64,000 nucleotides of DNA from Macrostomum hystrix (GCA_950097015.1 CATNEN010000011.1:6262001-6326000), one strand, 5' to 3'. Shown: positions 37,198-50,430, numbered from the stretch's first letter. Notes: a model not told the origin generated them from the sequence alone. Made by a program: numbers and translations.

Positions 37198-37635
37198 GCT
37201 GAGTGTATAAACGAGTCAGTCGACAAAGCACTGGAAAGCATGTCTTCTGCTCAGGGTGCGGCAACGACAACAGGAACAGCAGTAATACTGGCCAATCAGG
37301 GCAGTAAAACAAGCGTGTTCGAATTCAATGTGGTCAACCTATTGTATCTGATCTTCTTTTCCATAATTTTTTTTGGCTTCTTTGTAATACCAGTACTGGT
37401 CTGTCTGGCCCAATATTTGCTACGCTGCATTTGTCCTCGTGAGCGACCGGTTGACTCCGAACAAAAAGCTGCAAATAAAAATAAAAAACAGCTTCAGCAT
37501 CAGGATAGTATTGAGCCGGCTGACCATACCATCATTCAAATTGGCAAGTCTGTTGAACGAAACGCTCGTAAATCAGTGAAATTTGTTTCTACGATGAAGT
37601 ATGCTAACCGTGGAAGTTTTACGAATGTCGTTTAA
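37198..37635 (+). CDS. Putative small single-pass membrane protein (5' end uncertain; possible start MSSAQ at 37239)
   Basis: Stop-free frame with hydrophobic LLYLIFFSIIFFGFFVIPVLVCLAQYLL followed by basic/Cys residues; acceptor-like ttttcaatgtag at 37197. Confidence 0.5.
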   Translation, partial: AECINESVDKALESMSSAQGAATTTGTAVILANQGSKTSVFEFNVVNLLYLIFFSIIFFGFFVIPVLVCLAQYLLRCICPRERPVDSEQKAANKNKKQLQHQDSIEPADHTIIQIGKSVERNARKSVKFVSTMKYANRGSFTNVV

Positions 37636-38443
37636 GCCTTGTAAGACGTTCCGTTCCTTATTAATATTTGTTTTAAATTTAAGTGCATATTTTTGTATGC
37701 GTTTATGTTGAATTTTCTGTTGTTTATTGCAGCTTATATTTGTAATCGACCAAAGTTACCGTATGATATTTTCTTAAAAACAAAAAAACTGATTTTTCTC
37801 TACTTTTAGTAAAATTCGCCAAAATTTTAGTTTTTATATTTCTACGCCAACTCCACTGTCTAGTATATATTTATATATATATACACGTTCTTTTACTATC
37901 CGAAAACTAATTTGCAAGATAGGAGCTCAAGAGAAATATACGCTTGACTAGCTTTTGTAATAAGTTCTTTACGCTTAAATGCAGTGCTGATCTTAGTTAT
38001 TTGGCTAAAATTATCAGAAGGTTCAAAGCTGATTTGTTGAAATCCAACGCATCCAGCGATGAATCAACGATGCTGAAGTCGGATGGCTTTTAAAATGACG
38101 ACTATTGTGGTTCATCGTAAAGTGTTATAAGCGTCATTCTCAGACTAAACACTGCGTTATAAGTGTACAGAATGAAACACTGAGTGAATTTCTGCGGATA
38201 GTAATGAAGCACGAATCTTTCTTTAGGTCAATCATAGGGATATCTTCAGTCCAATGTCAGGTAATATTTATTTATTTTAATACAACTGGCCATTTAGCAA
38301 GGCAACATTTTTGCGTTTCAAGTTTCAGAATTACTTTAAGTGCGATAACGCATGACAAAATGTGTACCGGTCACTAACCAAAGATTGCTTCTAGTGGCAG
38401 AAAAGCAGGACTAGCTTTGCAAATACGCGAGTAGCCCGTCGCA

Positions 38444-41400
38444 ATGTCCTCAGCAACGGTTGGCCAACCCCAGACTGATGCCCAGCGCGAAGTCGAAGAC
38501 GAGGTGGATGTACTGAAGAGCATCTATCCTGGCGACGTGATCGATTTACGCAGCCGCGAAGCCTGGACGCATTGGCGCCCGCCTAAGCTATCTCTGCGGC
38601 TGCGCCCGCTCCACCAGTCCCGGCCGATGACAGACGATCCAGCCGCTGCTCACGGACCCAGTGTGACCCTCACTGTACGCTGCTCCCTGCGATATCCGAG
38701 AGAGCCACCTGAACTGCTGCTAGAAGATGCCACCAAGCTAGAGGACGCCCAGCTGAAGGAGCTGCAGTGCCGACTGGACAATGAGGCCAAGAATTTAGCT
38801 GGACAGGTCAGTCTGTCATTCATGTCTGTATCTGTCTGTCATTCATGTCTGTATCTGTCTGTCATTCATGTCTGTATCAGTCTGTCATTCATGTCTGTAT
38901 CTGTCTGTCATTCATGTCTGTATCTGTCTGTCATTCATGTCTGTATCTGTCTGTCATTCATGTCTGTATCTGTCTGTCATTCATGTCTGTATCTGTCTGT
39001 CATTCATGTCTGTATCTGTCTGTCATTCATGTCTGTATCAGTCTGTCATTCATGTCTGTATCTGTCTGTCATTCATGTCTGTATCTGTCTGTCATTCATG
39101 TCTGTATCTGTCTGTCATTCATGTCTTTATCTGTCTGTCATTCATGTCTGTATCTGTCTGTCATTCATGTCTGTATCTGTCTGTCATTCATGTCTGTTTA
39201 CCTGTCTGTCATTCATGTCTGTATGTCTGTCATTCATGTCTTTATCTGTCTGTCATTCATGTCTGTTTACCTGTCTGTCATTCATGTCTGTATGTCTGTC
39301 ATTCATGTCTGTATCTGTCTGTCATTCATGTCTGTATCTGTCTGTCATTCATGTCTGTATCTGTCTGTCATTCATGTCTGTATCTGTCTGTCATTCATGT
39401 CTGTTTACCTGTCTGTCATTCATGTCTGTATGTCTGTCATTCATGTCTTTATCTGTCTGTCATTCATGTCTGTTTACCTGTCTGTCATTCATGTCTGTAT
39501 GTCTGTCATTCATGTCTGTATCTGTCTGTCATTCATGTCTGTATCAGTCTGTCATTCATGTCTGTATCTGTCTGTCATTCATGTCTGTATCAGTCTGTCA
39601 TTCATGCCTTTATCTGTCTGTCATTCATGTCTGTATCTGTCTGTCATTCATGTCTGTATCTGTCTGTCATTCATGTCTGTTTACCTGTCTGTCATTCATG
39701 TCTGTATGTCTGTCATTCATGTCTGTATCTGTCTGTCATTCATGTCTGTATCTGTCTGTCACTCGTGGCTGTTTACCTGTCTGTCATTAGTGACTGTCAA
39801 CCTGACTTTCTGTATCTATGTCTTTGTTTGTTCTCCTAAGAAACCATTCCCAACATTGATTGACAGGTGATGATGTATCAGCTGGCTCAGAGCGTGGAGT
39901 CCTACCTGTACGAACAGTCGCAACCTCCGGGCCCGTCGCCAGCCGAGCTGGCCGCCGCTGAGCGGGCGAAGGCTCTCGCCGAAGCTGCCGATCGCGAGAG
40001 TCGCGCCATCGAAGCCGAGATTAGGAAGCGTCGCTCGGCGAATGTGAACGCTGCGGCCGCGTCAACCACCGCTCGACAGCGCAGCGGCTCGGAGGCCCGC
40101 AGCAGCCACAGTCCGGCTGCCGATGATTCCGCGAAGCGCTCCTCGCCGTTGACCGAGGCGTCTACGGCTAGGCGAAGAAAATCTGTTAACGACAGCAGCA
40201 ATACTGCTGGCAGTAGTTTGAGGTGAGTTTTATTCGCCTAGATAGTTGCATTGAGTAACTTGATTCATTTTATTACATTATTTTTGTGTCCTTATGCGCC
40301 ACTATCAGCCCCTGATCCCTAGAATTCTAATCCCATCGCTCTCATCCTCTGACCCTCTGATCGCCTGGCCCCCTTATCATATCATCCTCTCACCCTCTGA
40401 TCCCCTCAACCTCTGATCCTCTCACCCTCTGATCCCCTCAACCTCTGATCCTCTCACCCTCTGATCTCCTCACCCTCTGATCCCCTCACCCTCTGATCCT
40501 CTCTCACCCTCTGATCCCCTCACCCTCTGATCCCCTCACCCTGATCCCCTCACCCTCTGATCCCCTCACCCTGATCCTCTCACCCTCTGATCTCCTCACC
40601 CTATGATCCTCTCACCCTCTGATCCCCTCAACCTCTGATCCTCTCACCATCTGATCCCCTCACCATCTGATCTCCTCACCCTCTGATCCTCTCACCTTTT
40701 GATCCACTCACCCTCTGATTCCCTCACCCTCTGATCCCCTCACCCTCTGATCCTCTCCCCTTTTGATCCCCTCACCCTCTGATCCCCTCACCATCTGATC
40801 TCCTCACCCTCTGATCCCCTCACCCTCTGATCCTCTCACCCTCTGATCTCCTCACCCTCTGATCCTCTCACCCTCTGATCCCCTCAACCTCTGATCCTCT
40901 TACCATCTGATCCCCTCACCTTCTGATCCCCTCACCCTCTGATCCTCTCACCTTTTGATCCACTCACCCTCTGATTCCCTTACCCTCTGATCCCCTCACC
41001 CTCTGATCCTCTCCCCTTTTGATCCCCTCACCCTCTGATCCCCTCGCCCTCTGATCCCCTCACCTTCTGATCCTCTAGCTTTCGAATCCCTTGCCCTCTG
41101 ATCGTCTGGCCCCCATATCTTCATATCCCTTATCCTTTCGTCCGGCAGTCTTCTCGCTCCCTGATCCTCCTGTCCCTATTTTCCTCTGATCCCCTGGCTC
41201 TCAGATCCGCACCCTCTCATGTCAACAATAAAGACTTAAATGGTTACTCCCTAACTATCTGCATGTTACAGTCGGCGCCTGACCAGCAACATTGGTTCAA
41301 CTGTGACTTTCTCATCGTCAACTGCCGCCGCTGGCAACACCGAGGTTCGCCTACTTCGCTGCCTTGGCCAACCGTTGTTGTCGACTGCCGCCGCCGCCGC

Positions 41401-44400
41401 CACCGCTGCTGCAGATCAGACAGGTTGCGGTGGTGGCAGCAGTTGTGCAGTTTATCTGGCAATCGATAACTCGATTAACGAGCCGAGTTTGCACGCAGTG
41501 ACCGAGTTCTATCGATCGGCTCAACGAGGCGTAGCCGCCGCCGCAACCGCAGCAGCAGCGGCTAAGCCTATAGAAACGGAACTGCTCGGCCTAACCCGAC
41601 TGAGCCATAGCAACCTGGTTCGCGTGTCCTCAATAATTGTGTCCCAGAATCGTATTCTGCTGCTAACGGATTACATTCTCGGCCAATCGCTGCACGTGCC
41701 AATATCCAACGGGATTTGCGTGCAGTTAAACCAGCTCAGATTATATCTGGGCCAAGCTTTGGCAGCGTTGGAATATCTTCACAGTCGCGATGTTCTGCAC
41801 CGGAGCCTCAGGCCCAGCAGCGTGTTTGTCACCTGCGATGGCCAGGTGAAACTCGCCGACTACCTGGCCGACTGGAAGCTAAGGGAGGCTTTCGGACTGG
41901 CGCAGGCTGCGAGACCGCTAATCATTGGCCGAGGCAGCAAGAGAACCGACATCTATGCCCTCGGGGTGAGCGACTGTGGAATCAGATCCCCAATTCCCAA
42001 ATCCCATCATCTTTAACCATCAGATCCCCAATTCCCAAATCCCATCATCTTAAACCATCAGATCCCCAATTCCCAAATCCCATCATTTTAAACCATCAGA
42101 TCCCCAATTCCCAAATCCCATCATCTTAAACCATCAGATCCCAATTCCCAAATCCCATCATCTTTAATCATCAGATCCCCAATTCCCAAATCCATCGTCT
42201 TTAACCATCAGATCCCCAATTCCCAAATCCCATCATCTTAAACCATCAGATCCCCAATTCCCAAATCCCATCATTTTAAACCATCAGATCCCCAATTCCC
42301 AAATCCCATCATCTTAAACCATCAGATCCCAATTCCCAAATCCCATCATCTTAAACCATCAGATCCCCAATTCCCAAATCCATCATCTTTAACCATCAGA
42401 TCCCCAATTCCCAAATCCCATCATCTTTAACCATCAGATCCCAATTCCAAAATCCCATCATCTTTAACCATCAGATCCCCAATTCCCAAATCCATCATCT
42501 TTAACCATCAGATCCCCAATTCCCAAATCCCATCATCTTTAACCATCAGATCCCCAATTCCCAAATCCCATCATCTTTAACCATCAGATCCCCAATTCCC
42601 AAATCCCATCATCTTTAACCATCAGATCCCCAATTCCCAAATCCCATCATCTTAAACCATCAGATCCCCAATTCCCAAATCCCATCATCTTTAACCATCA
42701 GATCCCCAATTCCCAAATCCCATCATCTTAAACCATCAGATCCCCAATCCCAAATCCCATCACCTTTAACCATCAGATCCCCAATTCCCAAATCCGATCA
42801 TCTTTAATCATCAGATCCTAATTCCCAAATCTCATCAACTGTAATCAGCAGAAACCCACTTCCCGAATCCCGTCTCCTCTTTTCATGAGATCCCATTTTA
42901 CACAAATCCCATCACCGCCAGGTGCTGGTGCTTGAGCTGTACTTGGGTCGCTACCTGGAGAAGGGCGCGGATGTCAGCCTGCCAGCGGATCTGCCAGCAA
43001 CTCTGCGCAGCTTCTTGGACTGCTGCCTGAACCGTTTGGAGCAGCATCGCTGGACGGCCCAGCAGCTTCGGGGGCATCGCCTGATCGTGTCCAAGCAGCC
43101 GGACGGTGTCTCAGCCGAAGACCTGGCACGGACGGTTGCTGACGCCAATGCAGCCGCAGCCGCTGCAGCCGCCGTTGCCGCAGCCGAGGCGGCCGCCGCA
43201 GCGACGCCGGAAATGGCAGCCACGGCCGTGTCAGCGGCGCGCGCGGCCGCCGCCCTTGGTGGTCGACTTCGCAACGACTTCGAGATCGTCAGCTTCCTCG
43301 GCAAAGGCGGCTATGGCGACGTAGTTAAGGCGCGGAACAAACTGGACGGCCGGCTCTACGCTGTCAAGCGTGTCAGGCTGAAGAATCAGAGACAGGAGGT
43401 GATCAAAAAGATTCTCCGAGAGGTTCGCCTGCTGTCCAGGTTGAACCACGAGCACGTTGTTCGCTACTATTATTCCTGGCTAGAGGATGAGATTGTTGAG
43501 GACAGTGGGAACACGAGCGCGTCGAATCCCACGGCTACAACGGCCTCTGATAAGGATACTTCCCTTCAGGGTCTGGAGGCTGAGAAGGCCGACTCGGGCT
43601 CATTATCGTTTGCCTCGCCCACCAAGCAAGAGAGGCAGCGAAAGCAGCGGCAGCAGCGAAACAGAAAAGCAACAGAAAATGGCGACAGCCTGGAGGATCT
43701 GGCAGCTGTAGGTCAGCAGCATTCAGCTCCATTTGACTTTGACGCCTCCGGACTGGGTTCCACCTTTGGAGATGAGGCTGGCGCTTCTCCTAGCAGCAGC
43801 AGCAGCAGCAGCAGCAGCTCCAGTGATGATGAAAAGGATGAAGATGAGGAAGAGGATGAAGATGAGGAAGAGGATGAAGAAGAGAATGACTATTTCGGTC
43901 AGTCCACAATCTACGGCATGTCGGTTGAAGACGATGATGACGATGACGACGAGCAATTGAACCGGATCGCTGGTCATGGCGAAGATGACTGCGGCATTGT
44001 GTTTCAAAGAAGTAGCGCTGGTGCTAATGCTGCTTCCGCATCAGCCGCCACCGCCGCCGATGCCGCCGCTGCTGCTGACGTTGTCAACGAAAAGTCGAAA
44101 GCCGTAGCGGCGGCTTGCGGCGACATCGGGGACGAAGCTTCAGCGGGCTGCTCACGAGTCAGCCGAGTCACCTCCCTGTACATCCAGATGGAGTTTTGCG
44201 AGCGCTCCACGCTGCGCCTGGCCATAGACAACGGCCTGCCGCACGACGAACGGCGAGCCTGGCGCTTCTTCAAAGAGCTATTGGAGGGTCTGGATCACAT
44301 TCATCGTTGCAGCATCATTCATCGCGACCTGAAGCCTTCCAATGTCTTCATTGACGCCACCGACCATATCAAAATTGGCGACTTCGGCTTGGCGACTTCC

Positions 44401-47037
44401 ACGACTGTGACCGCGCTGGAGACCGTTGACGATGCGGCCGCCGCGGCTGCAATGTCAGCCGATCCAATGACCGGCTCAATGACTGGCCAAATTGGCACCT
44501 TCTTCTACCTGGCTCCTGAACTGCTGGCTGCCGACAAAGTCTCCACCTACACCGCCAAGGTTGATATGTACAGTCTGGGCGTGATTTTCTTTGAAATGAC
44601 CAGACCGGACATTGGCACAGAGATGGAGCGTCGACTGTTGCTAAGCGACCTTCGCCTGCCGGAGATTCGAGTGCCCGAAGACTACGGAGCTTCCAGTGTG
44701 GACTCTGATGGTCAGGCAGTCAAGGTCACTGTTCTGCGCGCTCTGCTCTCTCACGATCCGGATAGCCGACCCTCTGCGAGAGAGATGCTCGAGTCCAGCC
44801 AGCTGCCCGCCTGGATCTTTGAGACTACTCAGTTTGAGAACCTGGTCAAGTGAGTTTATCTCTGCGATGAATTTATGCAACTTCTATATCGATTAAATTC
44901 TACCTTCAGTCATTAACTTATTATGATTTCCTCTTCTCTAGTCTTCCCAAACTTTCCCTGCCCTAATTTCCCTAATCTTCCTCTTCTTTATCTCTCTAAT
45001 CTTCTATAAATTCCCTAATCTTCATCTTCCCTAATATCCCTAATCTTTATCTTCCCTAATCCCCCTAATCTCCATCTTCCCTTTTCTTCCCTAATCCCCC
45101 TAATCTCCATCTTCCCTTTTCTTCCCTAATCCCCCTAATCTCCATCTTCCCTTTTCTTCCCTAATCCCCCTAATCTCCATCTTCCCTAATCACCTTAATC
45201 TCTCTAATCTTTATCTTCCCTAATCTCCATCTTCCCTAATCATCTTCCCTAATCTCTCTAATCTTCATCCTCCCTAATCACCCTAGGCTTTAACTTCCCT
45301 AATCACCCTAATCTATCCAATTTCTCTAGTCTTCCTTAATCTCCCGAATCTCTCTAATCTTCCCTAATCTACCTAACATCCTCTTCCCTATTCCACATAA
45401 TCTTCGTACCTGGTATTTTCCTTGCCTAATCATTTATCTCTATTCTCTAGTTCTTCTCTTGTCTAACCTAACCCCTAAAATTCTCTTTATTAATTTCCTT
45501 CTCCACTTTGTAGCTTTTCTCTCCTTATCCAACTGCTCTCAAACACTCTCCACTCTTCATCCCCCGCTCTGATCTTGTTTTGTACCAAATCCCCTGATTA
45601 TTGTTTCACAGAAATGCCGTCGACATGCCGGAGAGCCGCAACTACAAGCTGATGCTGAGCTCCCTGTTCAGCAGGCAGGTCACCCTGCCCGAGGATCACG
45701 CATTCGATGCCGACATGTGCCAGCGAATGACGCCAATTGACCTGCTAACCGCCAGGCGATGGACCCGAGGCGCCTTCGAAACGGTACCTCAGATTTTATC
45801 AGCTCGCTAGATCCCATGTCCCCACTTTCAATACCCTGACAATCCTACAATCCCCTGACAATCCTACAATCCCCAGACAGTCCTACAATCCCCAGACAGT
45901 CCTACAATCCCCAGACAATCCTACAATCCCCAGACAGTCCTACAATCCCCAGACAGTCCTACAATCCCCAGACAGTCCTACAATCCCCAGAAATTCTACA
46001 ATCCGCAGACAATCCTACAATCCCCTGGCAATCATACAATCCCCTGACAATGCTACAATCCCCTGACAGTCCTACAATCCCCTAACAATCCTGCAATCCC
46101 CGACAATCCCACAATCCCCTGACAATCCTACAATCCCCAGACCGTCCATCGATCCCCGCAGGTGTTCGCCCGTCATGGCGCAGTAAACCTCCAGACGCCG
46201 CTGGTGATGCCTCGCCTGGACGCATTCAAGGATCTGCTCAGGCCGCACACTGTCCATTTTCTGGGTCGCGACGGTGACGTGCTGGGCCTGCCCTGCGACC
46301 TCCGGGTGCCGTTCGCTCGCTACGCTGCCAGGGCTGGCGTCCAGTCCATTAGGCGATATGCCATCGACCGCGTGGTGCGCGAGAGGGCGGCCGTGGACAC
46401 CCACCCGAAGGAGATGACCGACTGCGCCTTTGACATCGTGTGCCACCCCGACTCGGTAGGAAATGATTTGACATTGTGCTGGGTACATAGAGATGGTGTA
46501 CAGAGTGGATTAGAGATGGTGTACAGGTAGAGATTGTGTTCAAATTAGGATATGGAAGAGATGCAGGAGCACGAGTGGAAAGTGTACTCAAACTCACATC
46601 CCCAGGCTCAAGATGCCGAAGCGGAGCTGCTACACCTTGTTCACGAAGTCGTGGAGGAGATGAGCCTTGACAGCCAGCAGTCGCAGCATCAGCGCCAGCA
46701 GCCGCAGCGTCGGCAAGTTCAGCACCGTCAGCAGGTCCTGCCCCGACCGATTCTTATTATGAACCACGCGGCCCTACTAAAAGGCGCCCTACTGCACTGC
46801 GGTGTGCCGGAGGCCAAGCACTCAGCTGTCTGCTCCCACCTCCAGCTGCCCTCTGCGCCAGCCGCCGCAGCCGCGAATTCCGGAGCTTCCGCATCGTCGA
46901 ATATGGCTGTCAGAGAGCTGACTGAACGACTGGCCAGCTTGGAGTTCGACAACCAGACTGTGCAGCGACTGGCTGGACTTCTCGGCGAAGAGACCGACGC
47001 TGCCACGCTGCTGCAAGCTGGACATTACAGGTCTGCC

Positions 47038-47070
<33 letters not shown>

Positions 47071-49780
47071 GCCTGTCTGTCTGCCTGTCTGTCTGTCTCT
47101 CTGTCTGTCTGCCTGTCTGTCTCATTACAGCAAGCAATCATTTCATTATCCAGGCGCCTATTTAGCGGGGCGAGTCGCGAGTCGGCTGCCCTGATCAAGC
47201 GCGGCTTGGCGGCCATCGACCAGACCCGGCTGCTGTACGACAAATTCGGCTTCTCCCGACCCCTGCCGATGCGAGTCCGGCCGCTGTTTGTTGGCGGAGC
47301 TGGCGGCTTCGCTGTTTACAGCGCCGGGTTCTACTTTCAGCTGCTGGCGCTGACGCCCCCGGATGCCGCCGGGAATCGTCGATTGGAAATCCTGGCTTCA
47401 GGCGGTCGATACGACGAGCTGCTGAAGCGATTCGCCAAGCCTACACCGGGCGGCTCGACTGCGGCTGCGTCTGACACTGCGGCAGTTGGCGTCAGCTTCG
47501 CATTCGATCGGTTCGCTCAGGTAGCTTCGGGATCCTGAATAATTTTCAAGCCTGAAGCTTCAGGATCCTGAATAATTTTCAAGCCTGAAGCTTCACGATC
47601 CTGATAATTTTCAAGCCTGAAGCTTCACGATCCTGATAATTTTCAAGCCTGAAGCTTCAGGATCCTGATAATTTTCAAGCCTGAAGCTTCAGGATCCTGA
47701 ATGATTTTCAAGCCTGAAGCTTCAGGATCCTGATGATTTTTCAAGCCTGAAGCTTCAGGATCCTGATGATTTTTCAAGCCTGAAACTTCAGGATCCTGAA
47801 GCTTCAGGATCCTGATGATTTTTCAAGCCTGAAACTTCAGGATCCTGATGGTTTTAAAGCCTGAAGCTTCAGGATCCTAAATGTTTTTCAAGCCTGAGGC
47901 TTCAGAATTCTGGAGTGGTTGTAATCACTGAAGCTGTGGCTTTGCAACACTGAAAAAAGAGCAAAAGAAAACTCGAATTTTAGATTTTGCGTCGTCGAGC
48001 TTCGCCTTCGCCGAGTCTGTCTGCCTGGCCTCTGCTGGACCGGCCGACGATTCTGGTGGCGCCTCTGGGACCGCTCGGCATGCGCGAGACCGCCTGCCGG
48101 CTTCTCCACCGCCTCTGGCTGCGCGGTCGGCACGCTTTGGTGACCTCGGCGGTGGAAGATCAACTTGACGATGTTGAAGAACTGCGTCGATTATTTCGTG
48201 ATCATCGAGCTACATGCGTTGTGCTGGTGCCCGAAGCTGTTGACGGAGCTGCGGGGACCGGCGGGTCGGCTGGGACGAGCAGGTTTGAGCTGTTTTCTAA
48301 TAATTCGGCTTTTGTGCTGCTGAAATCCCGTTTCTTTTTAGACTTAGGATTTCTTTTTTTCAGATTAGGGATTCCCGCTTTTTTATCGATTTGGGATTCC
48401 CGCATTTTTATCGATTTGGGATTCCCACTTTTTTTATCGATTTGGGATTCTCAATTCGGAATTCCCGCTTTTTTATCGATTTGTGATTTCCGCTTTTTTC
48501 TTAATTTGGGATTCCCGATTCTTTTTTTAGATAGCGTTTCTCGAAATTTTGAGGACAACAATTTTCTGTTGTTTTAGTGGACAATGTGATTCAGCTTTTC
48601 TCTGATTTTCCCGTTCTTTATTTTGGGGATTCCGTTGTTACCAAATAGCTGTCACTTCTCGATTCAATATTTCCGTATTTGAAAGATTAGAGATTGATAT
48701 TTTTAGGGTTTAGGATTCCCATGTCTTGAAAATTCGGGATTCCCGTTTCTTTTAAATTTGGGATTCCCGTTTCTTTTAAATTCGGGATTCCCGTTTCTTT
48801 TAAATTTGGGATTCCCGTTTCTTTTAAATTTGGGATTCCCGTTTCTTAGAAATTCTGGATTCCCGTTTCTTAGAAATTCTGGATTCCCGTTTCTTAGAAA
48901 TTCTGGATTCCCGTATTTTGGACGAGGGATTCCCGAAGTTTTTATTATCAATTGGGGAATCCCTTGCAGAGCCGCCTGTGCTGCAGCTCAGCTCTACCGC
49001 ATTCGTCGACTCCAGTCCGCCAATCAGAATCATCAGCGCGGAGGCGGAGCTGCCCAGCTGCGCGTCAAGGATCTGCCATTCCGCAGTCTGGAGGATGTCG
49101 TCCGCCAGCTGTGTGATGCCGACTCTGGCGCGGCAGCCGGCTCAGCTGCCGGAGTCAACCCGATGCTGTCGCTGACATCGGCTGGCCAGGAGGCTGGGGC
49201 AGCTTCCGCTGACGCCACAGCCGATGCGGCCGCGGACGAGATGGCAGGCTCCGCAGCATCCGCTGCTGTTGCTTCATCCTCCGCTGCCGGAGCCTCCTCC
49301 GCTGGCGGTGGCGGCGTGATTTCTGAATCTGTCGACTCAATGGACGAAGTGTCGACAGTCGGGGTGACGCTGCTGATCGGAGACCGGTATCCGCATCACC
49401 TGCGCCGGAAGGCGGAGTCGCAGGTTCGCGCCCGCCTGACAGCCGTGGCCAGCTCTGCCGGTGCGGGCCTACAGCTCCGGGCTGTCGTCACCGAACTCGG
49501 CGACTCCTGCCTCCGTCAGCTGGCCGCTTGCCTGCGACCGTCGGGCAGCGAGGAAGACTGGCAGGCCGGCTGGCGAGAGGCCGTCGGCCAGAAGAAACTC
49601 TTGGACCGGCTGAAGCAGTGGCTAAGCGATTTCCGTAACAAGCGACGCCAGGGAGCCGGTTTGGTGTTTCTGTTCAGCTTGGACGATATCGGCGGCGGCG
49701 GCGGCAGCGGCGGTGGCGGCGGCGGCGGCGGAGGGGGTGGTTGTAGTGTGAGTCCTCCGCTGGTGTTTTTACCCAACTGA
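38444..49780 (+). CDS. EIF2AK4: eIF2-alpha kinase GCN2 (RWD, pseudokinase, kinase, HisRS-like, C-terminal domain), about 1902 aa; exons 38444-38806, 39867-40222, 41272-41965, 42922-44849, 45612-45783, 46162-46455, 46606-47030, 47154-47520, 47984-48282, 48970-49780
   Basis: RWD EVDVLKSIY/YP.EPP; pseudokinase HRSLRPSSVF; LGKGGYGDV, YAVKRV, LYIQMEFC, HRDLKPSNVF, DFGLA, TGQIGTFFYLAPE; HisRS-like DLRVPFARY, CAFDIV, GGRYDELL; AATAAA near 49833; 5709 nt in frame. Confidence 0.97.
38807..39800. repeat. 23-bp minisatellite (tctgtatctgtctgtcattcatg), GCN2 intron 1
   Basis: About 43 units starting at the donor. Confidence 0.97.
40345..41075. repeat. About 16-bp minisatellite (ctcaccctctgatccc), GCN2 intron 2
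   Basis: Tandem degenerate units. Confidence 0.95.
41980..42830. repeat. About 38-bp minisatellite (aaccatcagatccccaattcccaaatcccatcatcttt), GCN2 intron 3
   Basis: About 22 units. Confidence 0.96.
44990..45380. repeat. Pyrimidine-rich cttccctaatc repeat, GCN2 intron 4
   Basis: Recurrent ccctaatc units. Confidence 0.85.
45835..46140. repeat. 19-bp minisatellite (tcctacaatccccagacag), GCN2 intron 5
   Basis: About 16 units. Confidence 0.95.
47031..47120. repeat. (GTCT)n microsatellite, GCN2 intron 7
   Basis: Begins with the donor GT. Confidence 0.95.
47521..47905. repeat. About 32-bp palindrome-containing minisatellite (ttttcaagcctgaagcttcaggatcctgataa), GCN2 intron 8
   Basis: About 12 units with cctgaagcttcagg. 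Confidence 0.95.
48340..48960. repeat. Degenerate gggattcccg-tttctttt repeats, GCN2 intron 9
   Basis: Two patches of about 22-24-bp units. Confidence 0.85.
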
Positions 49781-49984
49781 CTGACTGGCTGATTACTCTT
49801 TAACTTGGCCTTGATCCGATATTCCATCATTGAATAAAGTGTAGCCTTTCCCATTTTTAGGAAATTTATCCCAGGTATTTTTATAACCTCATTGCCTTCT
49901 TTAGAAATTTATCCCATTCTCTCCATGGAAAATATATCCTAATTCCCTCCTTTATTAATGAATCCCATTTACTCGTTTGTCAAT

Positions 49985-50430
49985 GAGTTCCAATTCCCTC
50001 CTTTGAAAATTTATCCCAATTCCCTCCTTTGAAAATTTATCCCAATTCCCTCCTTTAAAAATGTATCCCAATTCCCTCCTTTGAAAATTTATCCCAATTC
50101 CCTCCTTTGAAAATTTATCCCAATTCCCTCCTTTGAAAATTTATCCCAATTCCCTCCTTCGAAAATTTATCCCAATTCTCTCCTTTGAAAATTTATCCCA
50201 ATTCCCTCCTTTGAAAATTTATCAAAAATTCCCTCCTTTGAAAATTTATCCCAATTCCCTCCTTTGAAAATTTATCCTAATTCCCTCCTTTGAAAATTTA
50301 TCCCAATTCCCTCCTTTGAAAATTTATCCCAATTCCCTCCTTTGAAAATTTATCCCAATTCCCTCCTTTGAAAATTTATCCCAATTCCCTCCTTTGAAAA
50401 TGTATCCCAATTCCCTTTGAAAATTTATTA
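49985..50430. repeat. 26-bp minisatellite (aaaatttatcccaattccctcctttg)
   Basis: About 16 units downstream of the GCN2 polyA signal. Confidence 0.96.

Noticed and set aside
48340-48960. NF-kB site cluster (GGGATTCCC)
   Set aside because: The tenth base mismatches the consensus, the motif is simply the array unit, and there is no evidence for the factor here.
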